A stretch of 63,783 nt of DNA, the filler included, from Choristocarpus tenellus KU-1152 (lineage: Eukaryota > Protista > Phaeophyceae), in the NCBI GenBank assembly GCA_964200185.2. It is 7 parts of 7 records of this genome, joined end to end, with 100 filler letters (N's around TTAATTAATTAA, not from the genome) between each part and the next. Parts side by side here need not be neighbours in the genome. Positions count along the whole stretch, not along the records: positions 21,778 to 38,808 come from CAXNAD020000732.1; positions 38,909 to 45,902 come from CAXNAD020006903.1; 5 more parts are not named here. The stretch is one strand, 5' to 3'. Position 1 is the first letter of the stretch; every line of letters begins with the position of its first letter. Made by a program: the position numbers and the translations under genes. A model generated the notes under the pieces. That model saw nothing but the letters and a program-made list of their open reading frames with translations. It had not been told where the DNA came from and did no database searches. This document shows, one piece after another, positions 32,150-45,329 of the stretch.

Positions 32150-35100
32150 GGTGGCGTGGATTACCAGTCTTGCCATATGTGTGGCCCTCTGAATGGAGTT
32201 CAGTATAGAGCAAATTGAGGTTCAGTTAGTCCACAAGCGTTGTAGGTCCTCCCATCCAAGCTCCTTCTGTATCCTACGGCCCTTCGTCCTTACAATCCTA
32301 ACCATGCTTTGAAGTCCACAATCAGGAACTATGGTAAATATTGATTAGTGAGACACAGGTCATAATGTCGAATCCATTGAGTAGCTGAGGGTAAAGAAAT
32401 ACAAAGAGCATACAATAGAAGGGAATCGAGGTGACAATAGAACATTCAGATAGAGTTGTGAGTAAAAGACTTACAAAGAGAGAAAGGCCTGGATTTCATA
32501 CTGAATCGATGGGACAACTATGTCTTACGATGTACACTACTTGGTCACCTCAGCATCACTAATATATATATATATATACATATTGTGCTGATCCAGGCAT
32601 TGTAGATTTGACAAGACGAGCATATCTTGTAGATTGTGGGCTCCAAGGAGCTAATATCCGAGAGGAGGAATCGATTGGTTGACATTATTAATCTACCTTG
32701 CATGGATCTCCTCTTGCAGAGTGTCAGTGATACAAAACACAAAGTTATGTACCAAGTATGTATCTGGAGCCGTGTTTTTTTGTAGAAATTTGGATGGATC
32801 AAATCTACTCCCTCTGCACTCACTGGACAGTGGAATATCTTCATTTTCCAAATATAACCATCAATCGCGCAAATTCATGTCCAAATGTTTACCAAAAGTG
32901 AGATGCCTACATGGAACAACATTGCTACTGACATCTGTTACCCACCTTGAAGTATCAATAAATGAGATGTCATCATTCCAAAAAGAATATGGTCATGTTT
33001 CTGACCTCTGAAGTTGGAGATGGCAAACACTGAGTATGTAATGAGGAGTGCCTATGCCCAATCCTTCACACCTAGCAATACAATGTACAATGATAGTAAA
33101 TATGTTCCATTTTCTTTCAATTGGCACCATCTTTGTATGAGGAGGTAGATTGTGTAATGAATGGAATGATGAGGCCGTGGTATGGGCCTGATGACAGCTG
33201 CTTATTCCAATACAGTTTTGCGTCCTGTGATGGTTAGGCCTACCTGCCTTTGTACTTGAAGATTTCAACCATGTCTTGAGAAGGTTGCAGTTTTGGCACT
33301 GATTAGTCACTGCCAGGGTCACAGCCTTTTCATGAGCGGTTGCTCCTCCTAGACCCAGCACAATAGGCAACCAATAAATATTTTCTCCATAATAATAATA
33401 GCAGGAGCATCGTTTGTTAACACAATGTTGAACAATACACTGTGCTCACCGATTACCATTATTAGAATAACAGTAACGTGCATACAGCAGGCAAACAATA
33501 ATGATACACACATGGGACGTAAACACTTGGAGGACAGTGCTGCGTATCTCTGCAACATCAAACCTGCTATTGTACAGATTTACTAAGCAAAAGGAACAAA
33601 CTAAACTAGCCTGTTGCAGAGCCTCCATACCATACACCCAACGCAACAGATTGAAGAGAGTACATGATCTGCAACAAGAACAGCGTAGGGGAACATTGTT
33701 GCTAAACTGCACGCCCCAAGCACCATACCAACAACCAAATGGAGTGGAGCATGCACAGATCAGTGGTTCGATACTATTAGGAGCGGTCACAGGGAGCACT
33801 TCCGTTCTCTACTGCCCTCTCTCTAGTGCCTTGCAAACAACTCATTTCACATTGTAGGGTTGCTGCAACTCTCTATTCTGATTCCAATCCATTCTTAGTG
33901 CCTTCATCTCCCTGAGAGAGTCCCATTCAGCACTCCTACATCTATTTCTACATGAGCGAAAATATTATACCTAAACATATACTTTTCTTGTGCCTCCTAC
34001 AAATAAGATGCAATTTTTACCCACTGACAAACTCTATTGCCCTTGCTCTTGTGTCGCATCACGGGCTGGTGAGTAGTTGTGCCTCTATGAGAAGAGCTGC
34101 CAAATGTTTAGAGGGGAGATGTAATCAACCACTAGTAGGTTTCTCTCACTTCACACCCATGAGAAACTTGAGCTGTGCCGTTTTTGTCAATTCACTTGAC
34201 CTCACCGATCTTCTTGGGATGGGAGGTGACCTGTTTGAGAACGATGGTAGCCCCATCTGGACATTGTTTTTCATCAACTTGGACTGTTGTAATCTGTCCC
34301 CCATGCTAATAGCCCTTGGCACGCTGCTGTATCGCTCCTCCTCACCCATGGCAAGGTCTTGTGGTGTCATCTTGATATTGCATCAAGCATGATGTTATCA
34401 ACGGAAGAATGGAGACATGATAATAGCAAGATATTTCAGATAACCTCAGTGTAATCCGTTTTGGTCACACATCACCAATAGGTATTTTGGGGTCAACATG
34501 GATGTTTGGGGATGTTGGTTGGAGTGAGGGTTGGGGATAAAGGAGGGGCGCATGGAAGGAGTTGATATGCAGTTGACATGATAAGGGATGAATGAAGAGA
34601 ACAGGACACACTGCACTACTGCCCTTTTGTGGGTCTTGAGGTGAATACCTATCCCTCCATTATAATTGCTGAAATCTCACCCAAACACACACACAAATGA
34701 ACATGAGCAGTGGTACTGGGTAAATGGAGAAATCGGGATGAGGCACATAAACCCTCAAACAGAAACCATGAAATGACCCTTGAGAACTCATTCGCCTCTA
34801 GAATATCCTTTATTACCTGGGAGGAGCAGTAGAAACTGACATCATGAGCAAGACTCGTATGAGGTACACTGAACTGCTTCACATTGTGCAAGCAAGGAAT
34901 ACCCGAGATGTGCATCAGAACACCACAAGAGCCAGATTGATGGTGTTTAGTCCTTTGCACCTTACCCCTCAATGTATGGCAGACCTTCCCACTCCACCTG
35001 ACATCTATTGTGTCCACAGCATTGCACAAATATTCTGAACCCTGTCCCCGCCCCTTCTTTCTAAAACATAGTTCTTCACATATTCCGATCCACTTCTAGT

Positions 35101-35320
35101 TCACTATTTATCTTGTTAACCTGCATGTACTCCAATTCTCCCTCCTTCCCACTCACCCTATTGCGTTCCTCCCTGCAGTGCCTGTTAACACTGTCTCGAC
35201 CCTCAATTTGAACTGCAAGACGACAAGCATTCTGGTAGTGCTTAGCAGTAACGAGTCCCCTGGTGAGAGGAGTCATATATACCTCCTCTCTGTAAGGAAC
35301 AGACTTCTTCACATACAAAC
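32150..35320. mobile_element. Scattered old LINE-like relics
   Basis: RIQKELGWEDLQR (minus, ~32240-32280), VTHLEVSINEMSSF (plus, ~32935-32980) and RLAVQIEGR..REER..KEGELE (minus, ~35130-35230) resemble LINE ORF2 post-RT and C-terminal motifs. All are heavily degenerate. Confidence 0.3.
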
Positions 35321-37075
35321 TTGTGAGGAGTAATTCAAGGGGAGAACAAATGATGGGTTAAGAGTGTTTTGCAGCAATGAAATGAAGAGAATCTGCCAAG
35401 AAAATTGTCGTTGTAAGGTTACTCGAAAAAAAGGTTGGGTGGGGGTGAGATGGACAAGGCTTTCATTGCAGAAGGTGAGGGCGGGCTTGCTCGAGAGAGT
35501 TTTTGTTTTGTTGAGGGCTGAAACTGCTGACCAATGACCAAGAGCATAAAGGGGATTTGGGAGAGGTAGAATGCAGGGTGACTTGTTCTCGGGAAAGACC
35601 GGTCCGTATCTTGCTGCAAAACAAATTCTCAGGAGAGGAGAAGGGGAATGAGACAGATTTTCATCTTTTGTTTTGACACATTTAAATGCCTGTGTGTGCT
35701 CATCACACATGAAATTTCCCTGTGTTACCAACAATGGCACATGAGGCAGATATTTCTACTCCCATGTATGTGACATGCCTTAGAAGAAACAGAGCGCCGA
35801 TGCATTCTTCCCTAACAACCACTCTTTAGTGGCTTTCTGTCATGTGATCCCTGCCAGGGTAGCACTACCCCCATATCCTACATGAATACTAGATAGACTG
35901 GCATCAACATCTGGTGCAAGCCAAAGGAAATATTACAATGCATTACAATCATGATGAAGGGTCAAGTAGTACAATCACTGACTACTCAGTACAATAATAG
36001 TATCTCACCCTTCGTTGGCCTTGAACTGGTCCCAAGTTCTTTCCCTCCCCTGACCTGTTCCTGCCATCCCCTCGAGGGGCATCTCTCTTCCGCCGTCACA
36101 CTTCTTCCCAAGCCAGTGTGACTGCACCTACAAACAATTGTTCCCACCCCGCAGATAGGAAGGGAGGTGGGAATAAAAACACAAGAGGTAGGGCAATCCA
36201 CAAACAAAATTGACAAGGAAAAGCAAAGATACCAATGTGAGCAAAGGTAGGCAACCTCAGGGTCTCATAGCCAAGAGTGGAGGGGGGCAGCACAAAATAA
36301 TCAAATTTTTGCATTGAGTTGAGTGAATGAGGTATTGATTGACCATCAGCAGGACATTGCAGGCACTGTGTCACGTACACATTTAACACGTTATGCCATG
36401 TATACTCCAGAGATTAGGAATCCTGCTGGACACGCAACACTCTGATAAAATGCAATAAGCATACTACTGGGATCACTTGTGGTGGTTCACCATTGATTTC
36501 CCAACGACCACCAATGCCGAGAAAGGCATTGTCCTAAGAATTGTAGTTTTGTGTGAGGTAAGAGTGGGAACAAGAGAGGGGGGTAAGCCACATGATTCCA
36601 AGTACTGAAACAGGTTTGAGGTTTACTGTGCACGGCAAAGATCGTACCCCATATATCCTGTCTATGCTTCATCTGACCCAGACCTACTGCATAAAATAGC
36701 CTTTGCTTTGCAGTAGAGAAAATGATTGTCAAGATAATGCAAAGGGAAGAAGTGAGGAGATGAGTTACTAGTAGTAGAGCACTAAATCCAATGCCATGTC
36801 AAGGGAGGTCATCAAACAACTCTATCCCCCCTCATCCCCCCTACATCAAGTGACAACACAGTGAGGAAAGGCGTAAGGACAGCAAAAGATTCAGCTCATT
36901 CTACACCTGGGAGAGAGTGCACTCCATGCCCTTCGACCCCCTGACTCCAATCTGTGAGTCAGTGGCCACACCAGATGGGAGCTATATAGATTATTGACAC
37001 GACATAGCACCAAATTTGAGGGGATTGTGGCAAAGGAAGAGGGTGAGGTAGGTGGATGGGTGAGAGGACATTCAC

Positions 37076-37256
37076 AGCTCAAAGTCTTTGGGGAGGGAGT
37101 TGCGGCTGTCCAATCGGAAACATTTTGTCTATGTCGTGAGATTTGGTGGTTTGGTTGCATGTGTAGGATGGATAATATAAGTTCACTTCTCCTGTTCAAG
37201 TACCGAATGGATACCCTCGTGTAGACTCCCCCCTCCACCCCAGATACGTTGAGGCC
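37076..37256 (+). mobile_element. MITE family B, full-length diverged copy (~180 bp)
   Basis: Left end agctcaaagtctttgggagggag..ggctgtccaatcgg and right end gtgtagactccccctccaccccagatacgttgaggcc. The interior aligns by eye with 11157-11296. Confidence 0.72.
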
Positions 37257-38908
37257 ACCAAAGATGCTGAAGACTTTCAGTCAGCATGCACTTCAATCTA
37301 TATGATTACAAACTCAAAAGTCAAGTACTCCAAGATTACTATGTTGTCTAGTTGTACATTGCAATTTTATAATCAATGAATACACCAGTTTGGTGTTCAA
37401 TGACCACCCCTTCAACTTATCAGTATATCCATAATGCTCACAATGCCCTTGGACATAAAATTCTACGAGATAGGATAAATTTTTACCAACGAGAGAATGA
37501 AATGCCTAGGAATACTATGTCAAGCCACCCCTATTATCAGTAATGGTTGAGTAATGACTAACAGTGCCGTAAGTGACCTGTTGAAGGGCAGTCGATCATC
37601 ATCAATGGCATCTTGGGGGTTACGGAGGGGTGCAACAAGGTGGACCATAAGTCCCCCACAGTAAAGTTTCTCTTTCCTCAGTATGAATATCGACAATAGG
37701 CTACGATAACAAGTTGAATCGCACTTCTATCCTCCTAAAATCTAGCGGTAAAGGCGAAATTGCCAAACTTCTAAGGTCCAATTTGTCATCATGATGATAC
37801 TCTCTTTGTTGAAGGCCAATCGACACAAATTCTTCACCTGCTGTTGGATCCACAGCAGCAAGCAATATCATACACTGATATACTGTCAGCTGAGTGGAAT
37901 GAGTGAAGCTAGGTCCAATTCATACGTCCTTGCCCCTGAGGCATACCCATATTCCTCTTTTTGGGCAGGTTGACGTTCAAAACAACATAACGTACCGATT
38001 TCACATCTTGGGAAGGCATCTGATGTTTTGGGAAGTGGTACCACAATGTTACGGAAGGAAGACCAAAGTGTGATAATGTGTACATTGTCGGGGCTGGTTA
38101 CTTACCAAAGTGAGGCTTCCCTCGGTCATGTAACCGCATCAATCCTGCTTTCTGAGACCCCTGCATATGTGACGGTCAAAATCCGGCTTGCCAATATTTT
38201 GTTTCTTCAGCTTCCTGTCAAGCAAAATATCACCATTTTGGTCCTGAGATACTGAATGTTGCACTTCTTTAATGAATGGCTTGTAACCACTCAAGAAAGC
38301 AGTGGTTTTCGAAACAAGTGTTATCCCCATGTTTATGAGTTGTGATCATGTAATCCACACATGTATGACATTGTGTCTCTCCATGCAATGTTCTGTGTAT
38401 ATAGTCAGATGTATATAACATGATGTGTCTAGAGCCACCATAAGACTGGCTCTCCTGACCTTCTCTACACATCCCATGACCACATCTCTACCCATCAGAT
38501 CCAAAGTCGTCCTGTCTCTGAGGAGGGTCTCTTATGTTAGGGCCATTTTGAGTATGGAGGACGTTTTCAATCTTCCACCTGACACCCTCGTTCCCCATAC
38601 CTGAAATCTATGTAACCCCCCTTAGGAAGCTGTGACTGACTGAAGAAGAAGAGACGGGTGATCGCCCACACCATCTCCAAAATTGTCCTCCAGAGTGCTA
38701 GAAGAAGCAATTATACTTGAGGGCCTTCATAAGGACCTGAAATATTTGATGACACCCTTCCCTAAGACAGTATGACTCCCAGCAAGAAGAACTCAAAAGA
38801 GATCAGTGNNNNNNNNNNNNNNNNNNNNNNNNNNNNNNNNNNNNNNNNNNNNTTAATTAATTAANNNNNNNNNNNNNNNNNNNNNNNNNNNNNNNNNNNN
38901 NNNNNNNN

Positions 38909-38946
38909 GGTGTAGCCCCCCCCCCCCCCCCCAGATACTTTGGGTC
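38909..38946 (+). mobile_element. MITE family B right terminus at a contig start
   Basis: ggtgtag(c)n agatactttgggtc followed by agt, matching the end of the 11157 copy. Confidence 0.7.
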
Positions 38947-39158
38947 AGTGGCATTTTCTTCTCCCAGTCTGCAACAGCCACTGACACCTTTAACATAATA
39001 TTTCGAAACTTACGTAGGGCAAATAAGTGCATCCCATTCGTTCATTCCGCTGCCTAAGTGTATTCTCTATCACACACAAACCTATCCGTGTCTTTAAAAA
39101 ATCAACAGACAACAACACCCCTGTAGAACCAAACCAGGCCATAACGCGCAAACACATT

Positions 39159-39740
39159 ATGGTGGTCCTACACACCAACTCAATCCCCGCAATGAACATG
39201 TTTGTGGTGATGCAGGACGCACAACCGGGTCCCCACGTTGTGCCCCTTCAGGCTATCATCATCCCAGACTTCACAGACATCGAACACAACCACCTGGATA
39301 ACACATTCACAATCCTAAGCGGTCAATACCAGAGGTTCACCTCGGAATCCAACCGGCAATCTCTCGGTGGGATAACTGCTCGCTTCTGTAGGCAACTCAG
39401 ACTTGGGGACACATCCGACGCCAGGTTCGGCCGAGGAACCAGCTTCATCCTACGCGCGCGTGGGGGGGGCATCATACAGGGGAAGGTTGGCGAAGTTCAC
39501 GTAGATGGTTCAGGGGCATACATTTACTCAGTGTCCTACCTCCCGGACGATGGTGAAAAATCTTCACCCCCTCAACTGGGGTCGTACATGACAGAGGACG
39601 AGATCGAGGAGGGTGTCAACCAACTTCGAGAGAAGATCAAGAGGGACAGTGACGAGGCTGCAGCCCTGTGTGTCAGACAACGCAGTCGGTCGATTGCTGA
39701 CCGGCGGCGGAAGCGTAGGGACATGGACAAGGACATATAG
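39159..39740 (+). CDS. Uncharacterised ORF or terminal exon with a Tudor/SH3-like motif and a basic C-terminus
   Basis: Open frame 39027-39740 (first ATG 39159; possible acceptors near 39215 and 39251), GC-richer than its flanks. IQGKVGEVHVDGSGAYIYSVSYLPDDG resembles Tudor-like G-x-V...Y-x-V-x-Y-x-D-G strands. It is followed by a helical acidic/basic stretch and RRRKRR. Confidence 0.5.
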   Translation: MVVLHTNSIPAMNMFVVMQDAQPGPHVVPLQAIIIPDFTDIEHNHLDNTFTILSGQYQRFTSESNRQSLGGITARFCRQLRLGDTSDARFGRGTSFILRARGGGIIQGKVGEVHVDGSGAYIYSVSYLPDDGEKSSPPQLGSYMTEDEIEEGVNQLREKIKRDSDEAAALCVRQRSRSIADRRRKRRDMDKDI

Positions 39741-40649
39741 AAATATGTACTCCTTGAACGGACAATGGGTTATGTACCGAATATAAATGAGGGAGAAACA
39801 CGCAATGCCAGAGCCAAGGGCAGGGGACTTTACTTCAGATGAGACGATCAGCAGATGCAAGGGACCGTGACTAAGAGTACCAGCCCTACTACTCGGTGAA
39901 AGTTGGAGAGGAGCGAGTCAGCTACCCCTACGAGGTCAAATGGGAGAATGGCGGCTTGCGAAATGTACGACCTTCTTGTCCAACACTACAGTATTGACCA
40001 AGACGCTTCTACACGAGCCTGGTTCTAGACAAGTCCTACACTGCCACCATACTGACGATAGACACGGCATTGAGGAGCAACATAGGCCAATTTTTGATCG
40101 TGAGTCACCCTCTACTTCGCCAGTCCGGCACATGCCTCGACAGATATGTTGTGATGGAGAGATCGGACGTTCTCTAAATCAACGGACTATGCATATTTTG
40201 TTCATTGAATTTATTATTCTCCCGAAGAGTTTGTGTTTATGTGTCCTCATACGCATGTTTTTATTGGCTCGGTGGCAACCCATATTTCATCTCCATTACA
40301 GTGTTCTGCCACCACCCTCTAATGCTTTTATTGCCATGCCCCAATCCCTTTCCCTCCGCTCTTTGCGTTGATCGGACCAAAGAGCAACTGGCAGAAACGT
40401 TACTACAGATACGTTGACGCACAAGCATCTCGTACTCCATACCACCATCTTCAGCACTAGTCGAGATTTCCACAACAGATGACCTCTCTTCCACACCCAA
40501 ACCAAGCGGCGGCAACCACCCAGGCTCCAAGTTTTGAACCCCACGGCAACTTCCCTGAGTCATAATAACATAGCCTACACCCACTCAAGCGCCAAGCGTA
40601 CATCCTAAATGCATTTTGGTCCAAAATTCATCATAAGAGGATGGTGGCT

Positions 40650-40865
40650 GGGTCGAAGTATCCTAGGGGGTGGTGGTTTGTGAGGGGGCGTCCGTTTCCG
40701 TCTGGACGAATTGCTCAATAATCATAGGAATTGCTCTCCTCAGTCACGAACGATTCTCGACTGAAGGCAGTAATTCCTATGATTCTTGAGCACTTCATCT
40801 GGACGGAAACGGACGCCCCCTCACAACCCCCCCCCCCCCCCCCCCCCCCCCAGATACTTTGACCA
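40650..40865. mobile_element. MITE family C: whole-element foldback (near-perfect palindrome)
   Basis: Left arm ttgtgagggggcgtccgtttccgtctggacgaattgctcaataatcataggaattg pairs with right arm taattcctatgattcttgagcacttcatctggacggaaacggacgccccctcacaa around a short loop. Termini are gggtcgaagtatcc and agatactttgacc. Confidence 0.85.
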
Positions 40866-41739
40866 TTAAAATGTTAGTATCTAGTGTTAGAACATAGGCT
40901 ACTCATTTGTTTCTTTTTGATATGATACAAAAACTACCAGCTTCTACCGACTGTTGATAGGTACACTGCACTGGTCGTTATTGTTCATTTATTTATTGCG
41001 CATCCTAACTCATCATCACATCGATGACAGTAGATAGAAGTATAGCATTAGTTGATATTCAGTTGATATACATCACACACTGGAAAATCATAGCACGCGT
41101 CATACAAGTTACTTCGGAACTTGTTCCAAGTGCATCCCACTGTTACCTTATGTTCTTCTTTTTTCTCTTTGTTGTTGTCTGTCATCTCTGTTCTATTATT
41201 ATAAGCCATAGGACCCCAGATGCAAGTTAATTGTTGGTTTTTATTTTTTCATTGGTTGTCATTGACCCCACTGAGCGCCCCATGCTCTCTCTGCAATAGT
41301 GCCCCTGACGCACACTTGGATGTAATGCATGCAGAGATAAAACCATTTACGGAAACCTTTGCCAGTCAAGGTAACAAGCCTCCTCAGAGCATGGACTTCT
41401 TTCGTTGAGTACCTCATGAAATAACACTGAATTCACATCACATCATTCTTGACTGAGAGATCAATGACTTCAGTTGCAACAGAAGAACAAATACATCAGT
41501 GATTTGCATCACAACCACATCAACTCATACCACAGACTACGAATTCTACTCATCGGTGCTTTACAACACCATGATTCCTCTTCTCTCATAGTCTACTAAT
41601 TTCGCTTACATATACAATGCATTCGATTCAGGTTTCAACATCTAGTCCAAGTCAGTTTTATGCCCTCAAAAAGCTAAAGTCTCAAACAAGGTAGAATCGC
41701 TACAATTTCTCGTCCTCATCATCCTCAAGGATCAAATTA

Positions 41740-42657
41740 TCACAAATTCATCACAGCTCTCACATGGCACAAGAATCGCTTCTGGTTCAAAATCTTCGTA
41801 AGAAATCTGCTTGTTGTTCTTCTGATGCCACGAGCACAACCTCAATAACCTTCTCCTTAACCGTTTATGGAAATGATGCCGTACATCTATATCCTTTGTC
41901 CTCTGCCCATTGATTGGGTTTTTTGACGACAACTTCACCGCACTATCATTGTCTTCATACATTATTACCCATGGGTTTTTCCTCTCCAGATTAGTGAACT
42001 CCAGCACCTATCTTACAAACATCACCTCCTTTGCTCTGCGTCACCCAGAGCAATATATTCCGCCTCTGTCGTTGACAAGACCGCCATTTTCTGCATCCTG
42101 GAAAACCATGACAATGCTACACCTCCAATGGATAGTAGTACCCCAGATACAGACCTCCACTGGTCCAGATCAGATGCATGGTCTGCATCAGCAAACGCGT
42201 TCAGTATCTCTTCTTCCATTTCATTGTACCGATTCCAATCCTTCTCATATTCCTCACGTACCCCAAAACCCTTTTTACAGCATCCCAATGTCCCTGCCCT
42301 GGGTTACGGCTAAATCTTGCCACAGTCATTACCGCGTTAATGATATCTGGCCTCATCATGGTCATTAACCAGATTAGTGTCCCCACTGGTTCCCTGTATG
42401 GAGTACATGGGTCCAGCTCAACATCCGAATCCTTTTAGACAAATGTCTGGTTGTAGATCCCAGCATATTATATTTCTTTGTGATTGATTCTGAAGCGCTC
42501 CACCAGCCCATCCACGTATACTTGCTGATCAATCCTCAACATCCTCATCCTCCAATCCCGTGCAATACGACATCCCATCTACAACTTTCTATTCCCCAAA
42601 ATCCTTCGCAGGGAATTCCTTGTTCAGAGCTCCAAAACCGCGCTATCCGTCGCTACT
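41740..42657 (-). mobile_element. Ty1/copia LTR-retrotransposon relic (end of RT and RNase H), frameshifted
   Basis: Motifs occur in shifting frames: GTLIWLMTMMRPDIINAV..RFSRNPGQGHWDAVKRVLGY, AFADADHASDLDQWRSVSG, SWFSRMQKMAVLSTTEAEYIAL, and IMYEDNDSAVKL..RTKDIDVRHHF. Confidence 0.93.
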
Positions 42658-42915
42658 GAGCCAATGTATCTTAGAGGGTAGAGTCACGTCCATTTGGGAG
42701 CCAATATTCAACTTTGCGATTTTGATGTAATTTTGACTATCGTATTTGTTAGGAAGTGTCAATATCCTTCTTCTGGACACAACTTTTCATAACGTATGCA
42801 TTTTACCTACTCCAAAACATTTTGGAGTAGGAAAATGTAATAAGAAACCCATGGGAAGCCAAACCCCGAATGGACAAACAGAGAAAAATTCATACCCTCT
42901 CAGATACTTTTACTC
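42658..42915 (+). mobile_element. MITE family A, 258 bp, no matching TSD, abuts the copia relic
   Basis: gagccaatgtatcttagagggt...accctctcagatacttttactc, with flanks act and tat. Confidence 0.9.
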
Positions 42916-43271
42916 TATATAAAATTATCTGCTTTTGCATACAATTACTGGAAAGATCAGCTTCTTCAACAGATTGGGTGGGTGTTTGGGTTTCGTAGAT
43001 TAGCTGTTTTGTCTACTAGACGGTACATTGTTTTTGGTAGTGTTTGGTAGATTAGATCAACTTGTATCATTTCGGTAGATCATATGTTAAGAGTCTAGAA
43101 TATCTCTTTCTGACATCATTCGGTAGATTAGCTTTTTATTTGTTGATAAGACTAGATGTGTACACATTTAAAAAAAAAAAACAGTACATTATCTTTTGTA
43201 TTGTTTGATAGATTAGGTGTTGGTTATGAGTAGATTGACTTTTGGCACGGTGACCTCCTCGTCCAGACTTA

Positions 43272-43352
43272 TAGGGTTAGGGTATCTCCACCTGGCGACA
43301 AGCACAAGCGACTGCATGTCTAGGGTTAGGTTTAGGGTTAGGGTTAGGGTTA
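43272..43352 (+). repeat. Interstitial telomere-like (TTAGGG)n tract
   Basis: tagggttaggg...tagggttaggtttagggttagggttagggttag. Similar tracts occur at 47062-47086 and 50541-50566 as (CCCTAA)n. Confidence 0.85.
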
Positions 43353-43429
43353 GAGATGCTCTCAGGGGTCGAGGCTCCTCCCACTCCACCTCCAGAACGA
43401 TCCAATCTCCTTGGTAGCGTTATAAATAT

Positions 43430-43473
43430 AATTTTAACTATAATTATTATTATTGTTGTTACTAATGTTGTTG

Positions 43474-43507
<34 letters not shown>

Positions 43508-43881
43508 GCATTCCGAAAAAAAAGAAAATTGAGAATTGATAGCAGCGACGGGTGAATGCCCTGTATGTACTGTGTATATATATTAGATATGTATTTATGT
43601 ATAATCTACTTGTATGTATGTACCTGTGTATATGTATGTATGTATTTATGAGTGTGTATGTATTTATATGTGTATGTGTTATGTATGTATGTATGTATGT
43701 ATGTATGTATGTATGACGTATCACTGTGAGAAGTATCGTTCTGTGTTGTATCTCTCATTGTAGGTATCCCTACTCCAGCATCATTGAGTGCCGCCTCTCT
43801 AAACTCTGTCCTGTGCTGGGTACAAGGTGTGGCGTGTAGGGTATATGGTACAGAAGGGAGTCATTGTGAGACTCCCTCCTC

Positions 43882-43913
<32 letters not shown>

Positions 43914-43925
43914 TAACAATAATAT
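43430..43925. repeat. Cluster of (TTA/TTG)n, (TATG)n and (AAT)n microsatellites
   Basis: Directly visible at ~43440-43507, ~43610-43714 and ~43881-43923. Confidence 0.9.
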
Positions 43926-44401
43926 AGAAGAGAATCAAATTGATGAGTTTTTCTTCTTAATAATCAGGTGTCTTGCCATTTTCATGTTGGTGGTCTTGTT
44001 ATATAAAAAAATAAACTGAGAAAAAAAGAAGAAAATTAGAAAGAAGAATGTAAGTTTAGTTCAAGTCTGCGCAAGTTAAATTTAAAAAGACCCGATCGCA
44101 CGGTATGAGTTCCTGGTAGTGGTGTTTGGTTGGTTGTTGCATGAGAATGAATTCGATCGAGTTTTTCTTTTTGTTTTTTTTCGTTTTTCGTAAAAAAATA
44201 AAACAATAAAAAATGATCGCATGCCAGTGTTTCCGTGGTCAAACGTATGATCGATACCCTCCTCCTCCTCCTCCTCCTTAATAATCAATTGGGGTGTGCG
44301 GCAACAACACTTTTGTTACCCTGCCTACAACACCATTGAGAGTGTATAGGTGCATTCATTGCATGCATGTAGTGATAACCGGCGACCGTTTTTTTGTGTT
44401 C

Positions 44402-44439
<38 letters not shown>

Positions 44440-44950
44440 GTCATCCCGATTCCGTCCCGATTTTGATGCCACACACTCCCGCCTCGCCCTTTGAGTCAAA
44501 TAGATAGATAGATGGATGGATGGATGGATGGATGGATGGAGAGGGTATGCGGGTTGGGGATCCCCTTTTTTTTAATTATTATTATTATTTATTTATTTTT
44601 TTCCAAGCGGTCTTTCTTAGCCCGTTCAGCACACGCTGACTCACTCTATTCCTATTCGAAGTAGTGTACGCAGAATCGATCTACGCTATCCCTAACCCTA
44701 ATGATCTACGCTCCCTTTTCCGTACACACACTGACACAATAACATGAGCAATAGCACACACAATAACATGCACAAGGCGACATCACAATTTAGGACAAGG
44801 CTATCTCCGCAGTAACTGCAGTACAGGGTGACATACAACTTTTTTTTTGTGGGGATCCCTAAAATGCAACCCGGATCTATCTCTCTTGGTTGGTTTGGAC
44901 TCTACTACTACTACAATCTACTACATCCTACCTCTCTTGATTGGTTTGAC

Positions 44951-45190
44951 TCCATTACTACTACTACCACTGCCACTACTACTATTACTACTACTACCAC
45001 TACTACTACCACTATTACTATTACCACTACTACTACTACTACCACCACTACCACTATTACTATTACCACTACTACTACTACTACCACCACTACCACTATT
45101 ACTATTACCTCTACTACTACTACTACTACCACCACTACCACTATTACTACTACTACAACTACTACTACTGCTGCTTCTACTATCTACTAC
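44951..45190. repeat. Compound (ACT/ACC/ATT)n trinucleotide microsatellite
   Basis: Directly visible. It produces the spurious poly-T, poly-L and poly-V ORFs. Confidence 0.97.
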
Positions 45191-45208
45191 ATATCACCAC
45201 TGGTACAG

Positions 45209-45329
45209 GGAAGGCGTGTGGGACAAGGCGGCCAAAGACCCCAACGACGAGATGGTGTCTGCAGGGCTTACCCCAGACAACATTCGGAAGTGGCAGTACC
45301 TCAACACGGTGCAAGGATACAACCAGACG
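45209..45329 (+). CDS. Malic enzyme (NAD(P)-dependent), single internal exon of the N-terminal region
   Basis: tacag|...|gtgggg exon encoding EGVWDKAAKDPNDEMVSAGLTPDNIRKWQYLNTVQGYNQT. This matches the malic-enzyme KW-x-x-L-x-x-(L/V)Q-x-x-N-(E/Q)T(LFY) segment. Other exons were not found in this contig. Confidence 0.72.
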
